Positions 40,310 to 57,452 of a stretch of DNA of 64,000 nt are shown piece after piece. This DNA comes from the human T2T-CHM13v2.0 reference genome, Homo sapiens. Below the pieces are notes generated by a model, which searched no databases, was not told the DNA's origin, and worked only from the letters and a program-made list of their open reading frames with translations. The position numbers and the translations under genes were made by a program. The DNA lies in NCBI RefSeq assembly GCF_009914755.1, contig NC_060948.1, one strand, 5' to 3'. The first letter of the stretch is position 1. The number at the start of each line of letters is the position of its first letter.

Positions 40310-40465
40310 AATGGTAGTTAGACAAACGCTGTATTAGGAATGAGGAAAGTAGGGTTCTAGGCCTGCCTTTGCCATGATTTTTGAGCACTTGGGGAGGTGA
40401 CTTTACTTTGCCTTGGTTTTCTATTCTGTAATATTACTAGATGACCCTTTAGGTGTCTTCAGTTC
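40310..40465 (+). mobile_element. MIR/MIR3 relic
   Basis: GGGTTCTAGGCCTGCCTTTGCCA...CCTTGGTTTTCTATTCTGTAA...CTAGATGACCCTTTAGG. Confidence 0.6.
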
Positions 40466-42551
40466 TTTTCAAGAAAGAAAAACAATCTTCAATTCATTTT
40501 AAGGGAATTGGTTTTGGAGGAAAAGCAATTGCCCTGACATTTATTGAACAGTCCATAATAAAGTAAAATAGAAAAAATAAAGAGCTATTATTCAGCATTA
40601 TTCCCTTTATAAGGTCAACTAAAAACTGACAAACTCATGCTTGAGTTCTGAGTGGACACTCATTTAAAGTATCATGAACCATGTGCAGCAATTATAGTAG
40701 GATGGTAATACATATTTACACCAGTTCAGTTGTAAAAGAACTCTAAAGTTTTTACTTATGTTTGTAAAGAAATCAAAAAGCTATTTTAACCAAAAATCTT
40801 TTAAATAATTTTAATTACATAGACACTTCCATATTTATTTCATAAATACCCATTTTGTCTTTAAATTTTGCCAGTTTCATGGAAATAATAATAATAGAGT
40901 GTAACATAAAAATAAGGTAAAGTTTTGTAAGATCCTAATGTAAAGAAAATACTATAGGCTTTTCATAATTATAAATATGTGCTTAAGATGAGAATAACAG
41001 AGGCAGTCATGAGAATGTAAATTAGTCCTTTTTTATGCAGATTATCTTAGCTAAAATTGAACATTCCCTATTCCACAGAGAAAACTACAGTTTAAATGCA
41101 TGTTCATGCAAAGTAAGGTAGTTTTTAATGCTGTTAGGTATGATTCGTGTGCCTCATTTAAGACTGAATGGCTTTTCCCGCAGAATTGTAGTATTTACAA
41201 TGCATAAATCCTTTCTCATACTGCAAATACAGTGCAACCATTACCAACTTTGTGAGATAGGAATCCTTCCAAATTATTTCAGTAACAATGTGGGGAGTTA
41301 AGTGAATAACTTCCTCTTTTCTTTGGAAAACAGTTTCACTTTTAAGCACTAAAAGCATTCTTGTCATGCCCTGGGAAATAAACTTCCAATGCCATTAACT
41401 GTTCTGTCATATTGCAAATGGAGAGTCTGCTATTTCTTAAAATCAAGAATGAAAGTTTCAGCGAAATTAGTGAATGGTCATCTGACTAATTCTGGGGAGA
41501 AATAGTTACATTTTCTTTATATAAAAGATGTTCACTCTGATAATTTATGTTCAATTTATCAAGACCAACAAATGTGAAATACCTTCTTTATGTCGTATTA
41601 GCTCAGCTTGATAATACCCAAGTGCTAAGTTAATTACCGTAGTTATTAGAGTTTCATGGAGTGGAAACATGAAAATCCTTAGCCACAATTTAAATCACAT
41701 TTTTAGGATGCTTATATATCTCCCAATACATGAAGAGAATATTTAGAAGACAAGAGAGCAATAATTCATTTTTTTCAAAATAATATAATAAACCCGTCAG
41801 TTAATTTTCAGTTATTGAAATGCCCTTCAAGTATTTTTAATATTGTCATCTAGTGGAATTAATTTAATTGTTGTTTCCTCATATCGAGTGCACAGGCATG
41901 AAGTGATTAGACTTACTAACTACTGGGCTAAGTAGTTGTTTATGTGATTTCAGTTATTGCACATACATTTACAAAAATTTGTTTTTGACAGTCAACTATA
42001 TTAGATGTTTTGAGAGGTAGATGTTCTGCATTTGAAGATTACAAAAAATACTGTGTGTTTGGTTGGTAGTTTTTTTCACTTAACCCTTAGAAGTTTGGTT
42101 CAGCAGGCTAACATGAATACTTCAAAACTGAAAACATTTTGGAAAAAATGTCTCAAACATACGGTAATGCTATTATATGACTGTAAAAGTGCACTGCTTT
42201 TGGTATTTTAGATAAGTTAAATATTCCAGAATGCTTAAAATATAAGAAAAACAAGTATGCCGTTTTTCATCACTTCATTCTATTTGGTTTGCTACATTAT
42301 TTTATTTGAAATCAATCATACTATATATATATTTACTTAAATTTGGGCATATGCATGTACGTGTAAGATAATTTTATGAGTACATTATGTACGTAAATAA
42401 ACAAATGCATAGTTTGAATATATCATGGATAATTTAATTATTTCATCTATGCCAATCTGGTATTACAGGCTATGTTTTATTTCTATTTTGTTATTAATTA
42501 AATTACACTCTATTTAAATATTTTAACACCTTTCAGGGTTTGTTTTTAATT

Positions 42552-42625
42552 TTTAATAATTTTTATATGGTGAAAATTTGCTAATTTAAATTTTAAAAAT
42601 TTAATAATTTTATATGGTGAAAAAT
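42552..42625. repeat. Imperfect direct repeat, about 49-bp spacing
   Basis: TTTAATAATTTT(T)ATATGGTGAAAA occurs twice. Confidence 0.8.
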
Positions 42626-43093
42626 TATTATAAATTATTGAAAATAAGGTGATGTGCAAAAATAGACTTTGTGGTCTTTTTCACTTTTGTCTTTTACCTT
42701 AGGCTACAATTGACTTTATAAAATAATATATTATCATAGGTTCATTAGTAAAGTGTGAGCTTATTATTCAAAAACTGTTGTCTACTATTATGTTTGTGTA
42801 GACTTATGACTGAAATGACTGATTGTAACTATAGATTAAATTCAATTGTTACCATATTTACTTACTAACTCAACTTCCTCATTCTTCCCAAATTCCAACA
42901 AATATATTTTCAGAACACAATGAATCCAATTAGCTTCACAGGTAAACTATACCAGTCTTTTGGGTCTGATCTGTTTTGTTGTTCCTTAACTTGACTCATC
43001 ATTTCAACATATTGAAGCTTGTGACTCCTAGTATCATGCACTGACAAAAACTAGTTGGTCTTCCTAGAACGGAATTTTGTAGGTAACCTGGTG

Positions 43094-43096
<3 letters not shown>

Positions 43097-43133
<37 letters not shown>
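43097..43133. repeat. (CA)n microsatellite, about 18 units
   Basis: Perfect AC run. Confidence 0.97.
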
Positions 43134-43138
<5 letters not shown>

Positions 43139-43149
43139 TATATATACAT

Positions 43150-44125
43150 ATATATAGGTGCTCCAGGGTTGGGTTCATGTATATTTAAAATCATTACATC
43201 CTCTTGCTGAACTGACCACTTCGTCATTATGCAGCGACTTTCTTTGTCTCTTATAGTTTTTGTCTTGATACCTATCTTGTCTTATATAACTGTTCTGCTC
43301 TTTTTTTTTTTATTTTCATTGGCAGGTATATTTTTGGCAGATATATTTTTCTATCCCCTTATTTCCTGGCTATGTGCCTTCATAGGTGTGTTTCTTTATA
43401 AGTGTGTTTCTTTTAGACAACAGATCAATGAGTCTTTTTTTTTTTCAATCCATTAAGCCATTCTATGTCTTTTCATTGGAGAGTTTAGTAAATTTACATA
43501 CAATGTTATTATTGATAAGTAAAGACTTGCTCCTGCTGTTTTGTTATTAGTTTTCTTGTGGATTTGTGGCTTTTTCTTTCTTTTTGCTTTCCTGTATTTT
43601 GTTTATTGAAGGTGATTTTCTCTGGTGACACAAATTAGTTTCTTGTTTTTAACTTTTTGTGTATTCTTTGTATGCTTTTGGTTTGAAATTACCACGAGGC
43701 TTGTAAATATCATCCTATAAGTGATTATTTCAAGCTGATAATAACACTGTTTGCATGAACAAAAAAAGCACACAAAAAGAAAAGTAATAAAAACAATGCC
43801 TTAATTTTGTTTGCCTGTTTTTTTACTTTCTGTTGTTTCTATTTATATCTTATTGTACTGTCTATGTCTTGAAAGTTGTTGTAGTTATTATTTTTTATTG
43901 CTTCATCATTTAGTTTTTTACTTAGGAAAACAGTAGTTTATACACTACAGTTACAGTGTTATAATACTGTTTTAGCTGTGTAATTACTACTAGTAGTAAA
44001 TTTTATACTTTCAGGTGATTACTTAAGGCTTATTATCTTTCTTTTCTTTCTGACTGAAATATTTCCTGTAACATTTCTTGCAGGGCAGTTCTGGTATTTA
44101 TTATATTCTTTAGCTTTTGTTTTGT
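43150..44125 (-). mobile_element. L1MA fragment (endonuclease start, inter-ORF, ORF1 3' end)
   Basis: Co-linear with about 5270-6215 (GGTGATTTTCTCTGGTG, CTTATTGTACTGTCTATG, TTACAGTGTTATAATA). Confidence 0.87.
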
Positions 44126-44132
44126 TTTCTTT

Positions 44133-47100
44133 GGATGATGTTGGTCTCATAGAATTAGTTGGGGAGTTGTCCCTCCTTTTCCATGGTTTGGAATAGTTTC
44201 AGAAAAAGTAGTAGCAGTTCTCCTTTGTACCTCTGGTAGAATTCAGCTGTAAATCCATCTGCTCCTAGACTTTTTTTGGTTGGTAGGTTATTTATTACTT
44301 TCTCAATTTTAGAACTCATTATTGGTCCATTCAGAGATTCAACTTTTTTCTGGTTCAGGCTTGGGAGGGTGCATGTGTCCAGAAATTTATCAGTTTCTTC
44401 TAGATTTTTCTAGTTTATGTGCATAGAGGTGTTTATAGTATTCTCTGATGGTTGTTTGTATTTCTGTGGAGTCAGTGGTGGTATCCCCCTTATCATTTCT
44501 GAATATGTTCATTTGAATATTCTATTTTCTTCTTTATTATTCTAGCTAGTGGTTTCTCTATTTTATTAACTTTTTTCAAAAAACCAGCTCCAAGATTAGT
44601 TGAGTTTTTGAAGAGATTTTTTTTTCTATCTTTTTCAGGTCCACTCTGATCTTAGTTATTTCTTGTCTTCTGCTAACTTTGGGGTTTGTTTGCTTTTGGT
44701 TCTCTAGTTCTTTCAGTTGTGATATTAGAATGTCAGCTTGAGATCTTTCTAGCTTTTCAATGTGGGCATTTAGTGCTGTGAAATGTTCTCTTAACATTGC
44801 TTTACCTATGTCCCAGGGATTCTGGTACATTATCTTTGTTCTCATTAGTTTCAAATAACTTAATTTCTGTCTTAATCTTCTTATTTACCCAGGAGTCATT
44901 CAAAAGCAGGTTGTTCAATTTCCATGTAGTTGTATAGTTTTGAGTGAGTTTCTTAATTTTGAGTTCTAATTTGATTGTGCTGTGGTCTGAGAGATTGTTT
45001 ATTATAATTTCAGTTCCTTTGTACTTGCTGAGGAGTATTTTACTTCCAATTATGTGATCAGTTTTATAGTAAGTGCCATGTGGCAAAGAATGTATATTCT
45101 GTTGTTTTTGGGTAAAGAGCTCTGTAGATATTTATCAGGTCCACTTGATCCGGAGCTGAGATCAAGCCCTGAAAATTTTTGTTAATATTCTGTCTCAAGG
45201 ATTGATCTAATATTGTCAGTGGGGTGTTAAAGTCTCCCACTAGAGTTGAACAATGAGAACACATGGACACAGGGAGGGGAACATCACACACTGAGGTCTA
45301 TTGGGGGATGGGGGGCTAGGGGAGGGATAGCATTAGGAGAAATACCTAATGGAGATGATGAGTTGATGGGTGCAGCAAACCACCAAGACACGTGTATACC
45401 TATGTAACAAACCTGCACGTTCTGCACATGTATCTCAGAACTTAATGTATAATAAAAATAAATAAATAGATCTCTCACTATTATTGTGTGGGAGTCAAAG
45501 TCTCTTTGGAGGTCTCTAAGAATTTGTTTTATGAATCTGGGTGCTCTTGGATAACTAGCTCTTCTTGTTGATTTGAAGCCTTTACCATTAGTAATGCCCT
45601 TCTTTGTCTTTTTTGATTACTGTTTGTTTAAATAATCTTTTTTTCAGAAACTAGGATTGCAACCCCTGCTTTTTTCTGCTTTCTATTTGCTTGGTAATTT
45701 TTTCTCTATCCCTTTATTTTGAGCCTATGTGTGTCTTTGCATGTGAGATGGTTCTCTTGAATACACCACTCTGGTGGGTCTTGACTCTATCCACCTTGCC
45801 ATTTTGTGTCTTTTAATTGGGGGATTTAGCCCATTTACATTTAAGTTTAATATGGTTATGTATGAATTGGATCCTGTCATCATGATGCTAGCTAGTTATT
45901 TTATAGACTTGTTAATGTAGTTGCTTCATAGTTTCATTGGTCTGTGTACTTCAGTGTGTTTTTGTAGTGGATCATAATGGTGCTTCCTTTCCATATTTAG
46001 TGCTTCTTTCAGTAGCTCTTTCAAAGGAGACCTAATGGTGATGAATTCCCTCAGCAATTGCATGTCTGAAAAGTATTTTATTTCTCCTTCACTTATGAAG
46101 CTTAGTTAGGCCAGATAAGAAATTCCGGGTTGGCAATTCTTTCTTTAAGAATGTTGAATATTGGCTCCCAATCTTTTCTGGCTTGTAGAGTTATCACTGA
46201 GAGGTCCTCTGCTAGTCTGATGGTCTTCCCTTTATAGGTGACCTGGCCTTTCTCATGGGCTGTCCTTAATATTTTTTTCCTTCACTTCCACCTTGGGGAA
46301 CTGATGATTATGTGTCTTGGGTTTGATCTTCTCATGGAGTATCTTACTGGGGTTCTCCAGATTTCCTGAATTTGAATGCTGGCCTGTCTTGCTAGGTTGG
46401 GGAAGTTCTTCTGGATGATATCTTGAAGTATGTTTTTCAACTTGATTCCATTTCCCTCCTCTCTTTCAGGCACCCCAATCAGTTTTAGGTTTGGTCTTTT
46501 TACATAATTTGATAGTTCTCAGAGGTTTTATTCATTCCTTTTTATTCTTTATTTCTCTAATCTTGTCTGCCTGTCTAATTTTGGCAAGATAATCTTCAAA
46601 CTCTGTATCTTTTCTTCTGTTTGGTCTATCCAGCTATTGCTACTTGTGGTTGAATTGTGACGTTCTTGTGTTTTTCAGCTCCATCGGGTCATTTGTTTTT
46701 CTCTCTAAACTGGTTATTCTGCATAACAGCTCCTGGAATGTTTTATCATGGTTCTTAGCTTCTTTGCATTGGGTTGGAACATACGTCTTTAGCTCAGCAA
46801 ATTTCATTATTACCTACCTTCTGAAACCTACTTCTGTCAGTTCAGCCATCTCAGCCTCAGTCCAGTTCTGAGTGCTTGCTAAAGAGATGTTGTGATAATT
46901 TGGAGAGGAGGCACTGTGGCTTTTTGAGTTTTCAGCATTTTTGCATTGATTCTTTCTCATCTCCATGAGCTTATCTACCTTGGATCTTAGAGGCTGCTGA
47001 ACTTTGGATGGAGTTTTTGTGGGGTCTTTTGTTGATGTTGCTGCTTTCTGTTTGCTTGCTTTTCTTTTAACAGTCAAGCTCCTCTTCTGTAGGGCTGTTG

Positions 47101-48171
47101 CGATTGCTGGGGGTCCACTCCAGACCCTATTCACCTGGGACACTCCCACACCTGGAGGTGTCACCAGTGGAGGCTGCAGAACAGCAAAGATGGCTGCCTG
47201 CTCCTTCCTCTGGGAGCTTTGTCCCAGAGGGGCACTGAACTTATGCCAGCTGGAATGCTCCTATATAAGGTGTCTGGTAACCCCTGTTGGAGCATCTCAT
47301 ACAGTCAAAGGGCATGAGATCAGGGACCCACTCAACAAAGTACCCTGGATGCCCCTTGGCCGAGTAGGTGTTCTACACTGGGGAGGATCCCCCTCATCTG
47401 GACTGCCTGGACTTCTCAGAGCCAGCAGGCAGGAAAAACTAAGTCTGCTGATCCATGGAGACTGTGGCTGCCCATCTCATCAGGGGCTCTGTCTCAGGGA
47501 TATCAGAGTTCTATCTGTAAACTGGCTGGAGGTGCTGAAATTTCGACAAGGAGGCCCGACTCAGTGAAGAGGGATGGATCCTAGTCCCATCTAAAGAAGT
47601 AGTCAGGCCATGATCTGCCACAGCCACTGTGCGGTGCTGTGGGGAATTTCTTCCGGTCCAAGCAGCCCAGTCTCCCTCTCACTGGCAGGGAAAAAAAAGC
47701 CTACTGAAGCTGCAGTGTTGGTGGTTGGCCCTCCCCCTGGGATCTCAGTCATTTAGGCACTCTCCAACCTGCTGCCACTGGCCACAACCCAAGTGGCTGC
47801 CGAGAGTCTGCACAGCTCTGTGCTTGGGACCCAAGTCCTTGGTAGCCTGGGCTCATGAAGGGATCTCCTGATCAGCAGGTTGCATAGATCCATGGAAAAA
47901 GTATGATTTCCCGAGTTTGGTAACACAATCACTCACTGCCTCTCTTGGGTGGAGGTGGGAGCTCCCCTTGCCCCGTGTGGCTCCTGGGTGGGCCATTGCT
48001 CAACCCTGCTTTTCCTCACTCTCTGTGGGTCATGCCAACAACCTAGTCAGTCCCAGTGAGAGAACCTGGATACTTCAGTTGAAGGTGCAGGATTCACTCA
48101 CTGAGTTCATTTTTCTTGGTGAGAGCTGCTGACCACCATTTCTTCTAATCAGCAATCTTGACTTCTCCTCC
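44133..48171 (-). mobile_element. L1PA (about PA8-13): 5'UTR, ORF1 and ORF2 5' part; 3'-truncated
   Basis: 5' terminus rc GGAGGAGAAGTCAAGATTGCTG; peptides [52 protein letters not shown]. Confidence 0.93.
45243..45467 (+). mobile_element. L1PA7-like 3'UTR insertion nested in older L1
   Basis: GAGGGATAGCATTAGGAGAAATACCTAATG; A-rich tail; TSD TCTC(C/T)CACTA on both sides. Confidence 0.93.
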
Positions 48172-48376
48172 ATAGTAGGATTTTTTAACATGTTTCATTT
48201 TGCAATTGATAGAATAAATAGAGAAAAAAAATCTGTAAGAAATAGTGGGTCTAAACAATACCAACAAACACATTGACCTACTTGGATACTTATACATAGA
48301 CAAACACTATATCCCAAAACTATAGAATATGCACCTTTTTTTAAGTGCACATGGTACATTAACCAAGGTAGACCAT

Positions 48377-50967
<2,591 letters not shown>

Positions 50968-51864
50968 ACTATTTTCTAGGTTATTAAAAAACTTATTGAA
51001 TTCAAATGAATTGAAAGCACACAGAATATGTTTATTTATGTTAATGGAATTAAAATATAAATAATAAGCTGTCTTGGAAAAATCACAATATTTGGAAATT
51101 AAACAATATACTTTGATGAGACAATGATGAAATAAAAAAGTAAGAAAATATTTTAAATGGAATTGTAATAAAAATAAAATATATCAAAATTTATGGGATG
51201 CAACTAACTAAAACCGTGTCCAGAGTAAATATTAAAACTTTAAATAATTATATTAGTGATGAGGGGAAATCTAAAATTAGTGTTGTAAGATTTTACATTA
51301 AGAAGCTGGAAAAATAAGTGCAAAATAAACCCAAAGCAAGGATAAAGAAATTATGAATTTCTCAACAATATAGAAAACAAATATTTGAGAAAATTAACAA
51401 GCCAAATGTTCATCTTTTGAAATATTTAATAAAATTTGATATACCCTCAGCTAGACTGATCAAAAAATATATGAAAGCAAAAATCACCATTATCAGTAAT
51501 AAAAGACAGTATCTTCTCAGATCCTACAGATGGTGAAAAGATCATCAGAAAATAATTATGAACAACTTTTTCCCAAAGAAATTAAACAATTTAGAAGAGA
51601 TAGACAAATTTATTGAAAGGCAGGAGCTACCAAATCTCTCTCAAAAGGAAGATACATAATCGAAATAGTTCTGTGTTTATTAAAGGGATTAACTTTGTTG
51701 TTAAAAATATTCCCCTAAAGAAAACTCCAGTTCTAGATGGCTTCTCAGGTGAAGTTTGGCAAATATTTATGAAAGAAAGGATAACAATTCTACATAAGTT
51801 GTTTTCAAAAAATACAAGTGGAAAGTAATCATGACAACTCATTTTTAAGGCCAGCATTATTCTC

Positions 51865-52404
<540 letters not shown>

Positions 52405-52437
52405 ATTGTCCTTTCCAAATTCAAAAGCCAAATGTAA

Positions 52438-52752
<315 letters not shown>

Positions 52753-55440
52753 AAATAGTGCTTTCTGAAGAATACTTTGAATCACTAAACCCAAAGCATG
52801 AGAACATTTTGCATCAAATGTGATATCAAAATTGAGTGCATTATTTCAATAATACCCATAATATCATAAAATATAAAATGATGAATTAAAAGTTTGGCTT
52901 TTCTGTACATTGTATTTTAACTTTGGATAGCTTTGGGTGTTTAAAAATACTTTACAGTTACATGATAAAGAATAGTATGTAACATAATATTCAATAATAT
53001 TATTCATGGGTTATTTTTAGTTGCTAAGGTAATTCAGAGGCTTTTAAAAAATAACAGGACTTAATTGCAATATTCATCAAATACTACTTCTAAAGAAGAA
53101 AAATAGACTTTCTACTGCCTATTGCTGACTGAACCAGTGTAAGGTGGTCATTACACTCATTTTACTGATGTGGCAATAAACTGATAATACAAAAAAATGC
53201 TACACTTACTGGTTAATTAGAAATCCTACAGCAAATTAAAGTCACTTGTCATTGTTTAATGGTTGTTGATATCATGAGCTCTGTATTGCTGTACAGGCAG
53301 CATTTTAAAAAACAAAGAATATTTTTGTGCCACTGAGGACAGTTTGTTTCATTGACCGAGAATTGTGTTTTTTTCAACATTTTATTCTAATTGCAATCCT
53401 AGATTAGTAATAACAATTTGTTTAAACCTGATCTTTGTTAAACTAGGTAACCTATTTAATTTAGACTTCAAATCATATAAGAGTAAGACTATGGAAACTT
53501 GAATAATTTAACCTAAAATACAATTATGGAACTATGGATTGATTAATGGTCTGGTGTAGAATAAACATACTTTATTAACATAAAGTATAGCTGTATTTAT
53601 ACCTATAAAGTAGCAACATTTAATGATACTTTCTTAGAAAGTCCCCACACTCACCAAGTTCTTGTCTGCCTACCTATGTAGGTTCCAAATTACTAACTTG
53701 GTGATGATCGCTTAATTAAATTGGTGTCCAGCAAATTCCAGTAGATATTGTAGAAATATTAGGTGAAAATGGGATTACTCATCTTATGGTATTTTTTCCT
53801 AGTGTATCCTTTGGCTGCTCTGGTTAGTTCACATGAATAGATGGAAGTTATCAGTCTTCACAGATTATTCCCAACAAGACAGAAGTTAGTCACACAAGTC
53901 TCTAATAAAAAGTTAAAATCTTGATTGAATATTTCAAATAACTCAGCTATGCATTTGTACCACATTTAACTAAACACTGATGTGTCAGACCATTAGATGA
54001 GTCATATATTTCTCATTTATTGTTTTGAAAAGACCAAATTATGAACTCTACACAGAAGCCTTTTTTTTTTTTTTTTTTTGGCTGAAATTAGCATATCAGT
54101 TACAACCTGATACAGCCCTAAAACACAATATTGACAGTCTTCATTGGGGCAATTGGGAAGCTGCTGAAAGTGCAAGAGATCAAAAAGAGAGATCAAAAGC
54201 AATTTTACAGCATCTTATTTCTTTTCATGAGAGTTCAGCTTAGAACATTAATCAAATAGTGTGTATAAGACCTTTATCATACGAAATTTGCTATCAGAGA
54301 TTAACAGATACATTAAATGGAACAGTTTGACTGGAAATATTTGTATAATGAACATTCAATTCTGCTTCGGCATGACATTAAGAAAAACGTCTTTAAAATA
54401 TATATTTACTCTCAAATTGATAGCGATTAGAAAATAATAAGGAGCATCAGCAGAGTGCATTTAATCATGTCTGTGAACCTGATATCTGAATTTTGAAAGA
54501 CTGGGATTTTCTCTATTACTTAAAACATATTCTACATCATCCAATTAAAAATGTGATTTAATAGATAGTTCTCAAAAGTAATCTAAAGGTTAAAAACATA
54601 TAAGCATTTAGAAAGTAGAAAAATATTTGTCCAAATGAATTTAATATCATAAGAGCAAATTTTCCTTCTGAGCCAAAACAGATGAATTATGCTCTGACAG
54701 TGATCTTTATTGAATTGTGCTAAAATATATTTCGATATACTGTAATTTTTTCTGACTTCTTCTCAGTAAATGCAGATGGCAACAGTTCACTTGTAAATGG
54801 TTTCGAAGAAGAGATATTGAAGTAATATTCTCTGAAATCTATTCTTTGCAGATAGCTATTTCTATTACTCTGCTGTATATTCCATCTTCTCAGTGTACTC
54901 CATTGATGTGTGTGTTGCCAGAATTTTTGTCCATCATTTAAATAGTAATTTCATTTCAAGTTTCCTTTTCATCATGATAAAATGATCAACTATATGACTG
55001 CATCACAATTTTCCTAGGGAAGCATTACTGTGATATTCACAGAGTAGTTTGCTACTGTGTGAGAGGCTAATATATTTCTCTAGGAAGAATATTCAATTCA
55101 TAAAAATTAAATGTTATTAATGAGTTACAGAAGCCCTCAGAGAATGTTGTTTAAAGTATAATTAAATTGAACCTCGCTAATTCACAATGCATGTTATTTT
55201 GAACCTGCATTGAGTTAATTTGTGATGGTCCCATACTTTCTTCTTGAAAAATAGTTTTTAAGATAATTAAATGGGGTTGGTATTTAAGAAAGACTGTACA
55301 GTGTACTAAAAAATATATATTTAAAATAATATTTTAGCAACATTCATTCACATCGAAATCCTGAAAATGTTTATTACACTTCTGTCCTTTGTGCATTGTT
55401 TAAAATTGATTTACTAGTGGTTGGTGGATTTTCATATACT

Positions 55441-55517
55441 TGTGTGTGTGTGTGTATATATATATATGGATGTACATATATATGTTTGTGTGTGTATATG
55501 TGTATATATATACATAT
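55441..55517. repeat. Compound (TG)n/(TA)n microsatellite
   Basis: Alternating TG and TA runs. Confidence 0.92.
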
Positions 55518-56737
55518 AATTTAACAAAGAGCTTGAAATAATTAAAAGGAATCAAGCAGAAATTTTGGAGTTGAAAAATACAATTGTCATACTAAGAAAG
55601 CATTAGTCTTTTAATAATAGAATTGATCAAACAGAAGAGAGAATTAGTGAGCCTGAAGACAGACTGTATGAAAATACACAGAGAAGAAAGAATAAAGAAT
55701 AAATAATAAAAAACAATAAAACACGCCTACAGGATTTAGAAAATAGCCTCAAAAGAGCACATGTAAGGGGTATTGGCCTTAAAGAAGAGGTAGAGAAAAT
55801 GAAGAGGGTAGAAAGTTTATTCAAGGGGATACTATTTAATAACAGAGAACTTCCCAAACTTAGAGAAATATATCAATATCCAAGTATAAGAAGGCTGTCG
55901 AACACCAAGCAGATTTAACACAAAGAAGACGACCTCAAGGCATTTAAGAATGAAATGTCCAGTGGTCAAGGACTAAAAAAAAGATCCTAAAAGCACCACA
56001 GGGAAAAAGAAAATACAATGGAGCTCAAACATCTAGAAGCAGACTTTTCAGTGAAAACCCTACAGGCCAGGATAGACTGGTAAGACAAATTTGAAGTGCT
56101 AACAGGAAAAAAAACAAAACAACCAACAACAACAACAAAGAAAACCCTTCTACCCTAGAAAAGTATGTCTGGTTAAAAATATTCTTCAAACATGAAGGAG
56201 AAATAAAGACTTTTATAAACAAACAGAAGCTGACATATTTCATTAACACCAGACCTCTCCTACAAAAAATGCTAGAGGGTGTACTTGAATCAGAAAGAAA
56301 ATGATATTAATAAGAAATCATTTGAAGGTACAAAACTGACTAGGAATAGTAAATGCACAAAAAACCGGAATATTATAACACTGTAACTGTGGTGTGTAAT
56401 CTACTTTTAAGTAGAAAGACAAAATGATAAACCTGTCAAAAATAATAATTTAGCAACTTTTCAAGACATAAACAGTACAATAACATATAAATATTAACAA
56501 CAAAAATTTGAAAAGCAGGGGACAAAGTTAAAGCATATAATCTTTATTAGTTTACTTTTTGCTTATTTGTTTATGCAAGTACTGTTAAGTTTTTACCACC
56601 TTAAAAAATGAGGTATAAGATAGTATTCGCAAGCCTCATGGTAATCTCAAACCAAAAAACATACAATGGATACACAAAAAATAGAAAGCAAAAAGCTAAA
56701 TCATATCATCAGGGAAAATCACCTTCATTAAAATGAA
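55518..56737 (+). mobile_element. L1MA ORF1 and inter-ORF fragment
   Basis: Co-linear with 28640-29145 and 30700-31100 (AATTTAACAAAGAG..TAATTAAAAGGAATCAA, CAGATTTAAC.CAAAGAAGAC). Confidence 0.88.
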
Positions 56738-57434
56738 TGAAGCTGCCTTTCTAAAAATTGTTATCAGTGAGACAATTACAAAAGTGAACAAGATCTGAGC
56801 TAATCTACCCCCCCATCTTACCTTTCCCTTAATTATTCCTGGGCTATTAGTACAAGGTAACTTTGAGAGACATTTAGTCTGTTGTTTAAATGATAATAGG
56901 TCTTACCCAAAACTCAACAGGGCTTTTGTAAAGCTAATGGGAGGCCATCAGTCTAGGCTGAGGAGAGGAGCCGAGTCCTGCTGAGGCGCAGACATGAAAG
57001 ATTTTCGGCCATTAATCTAAAGATTATAAGATCTGCAGCTTCCCCAATTATTCCGCCGATAACACCACTATTGTAGATTGGCCTTTTAAGATATATTTTT
57101 CTTTTTTTTTTTTGCATATCTGACACCCATGGCTCCACCTGGACCAACCAACCCCACCCAATTCATCCTGCAAGAGGACAGCTATGACCCTCTATGATTT
57201 CGTTTCCACCCCAAGCAATCAGCAATGAGCACTCATTACCTGGCCACCCCCACCCCTTTCCCCAAAATGCCTTTGAAAAACACCTAACTGATGAGCTTTG
57301 GATGAGATGATTTGAGTATAAACTCTGACTCCCACATGGGGTGGCTGGCATCATGTCTATTAAACTCTTTCCTGCAATGGCATGGTCTTTCTTTATGCAG
57401 CAGGCAGGAAGAACCTCTTGGGAAGTTATAAATT

Positions 57435-57452
57435 TGGGGGCTCATCTGGGAT
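57435..57452 (+). other. tRNA-Pro primer-binding site
   Basis: TGGGGGCTCATCTGGGAT versus canonical TGGGGGCTCGTCCGGGAT; both differences are CpG transitions. Confidence 0.88.

Noticed and set aside
47004-47567. Longest ORF (187 aa)
   Set aside because: Antisense frame through the GC-richer L1PA 5'UTR with a TTG start; no evidence of function.
54061-54078. (T)18 run as a retro-insertion tail
   Set aside because: Short, with no attached element or TSD; ordinary homopolymer.
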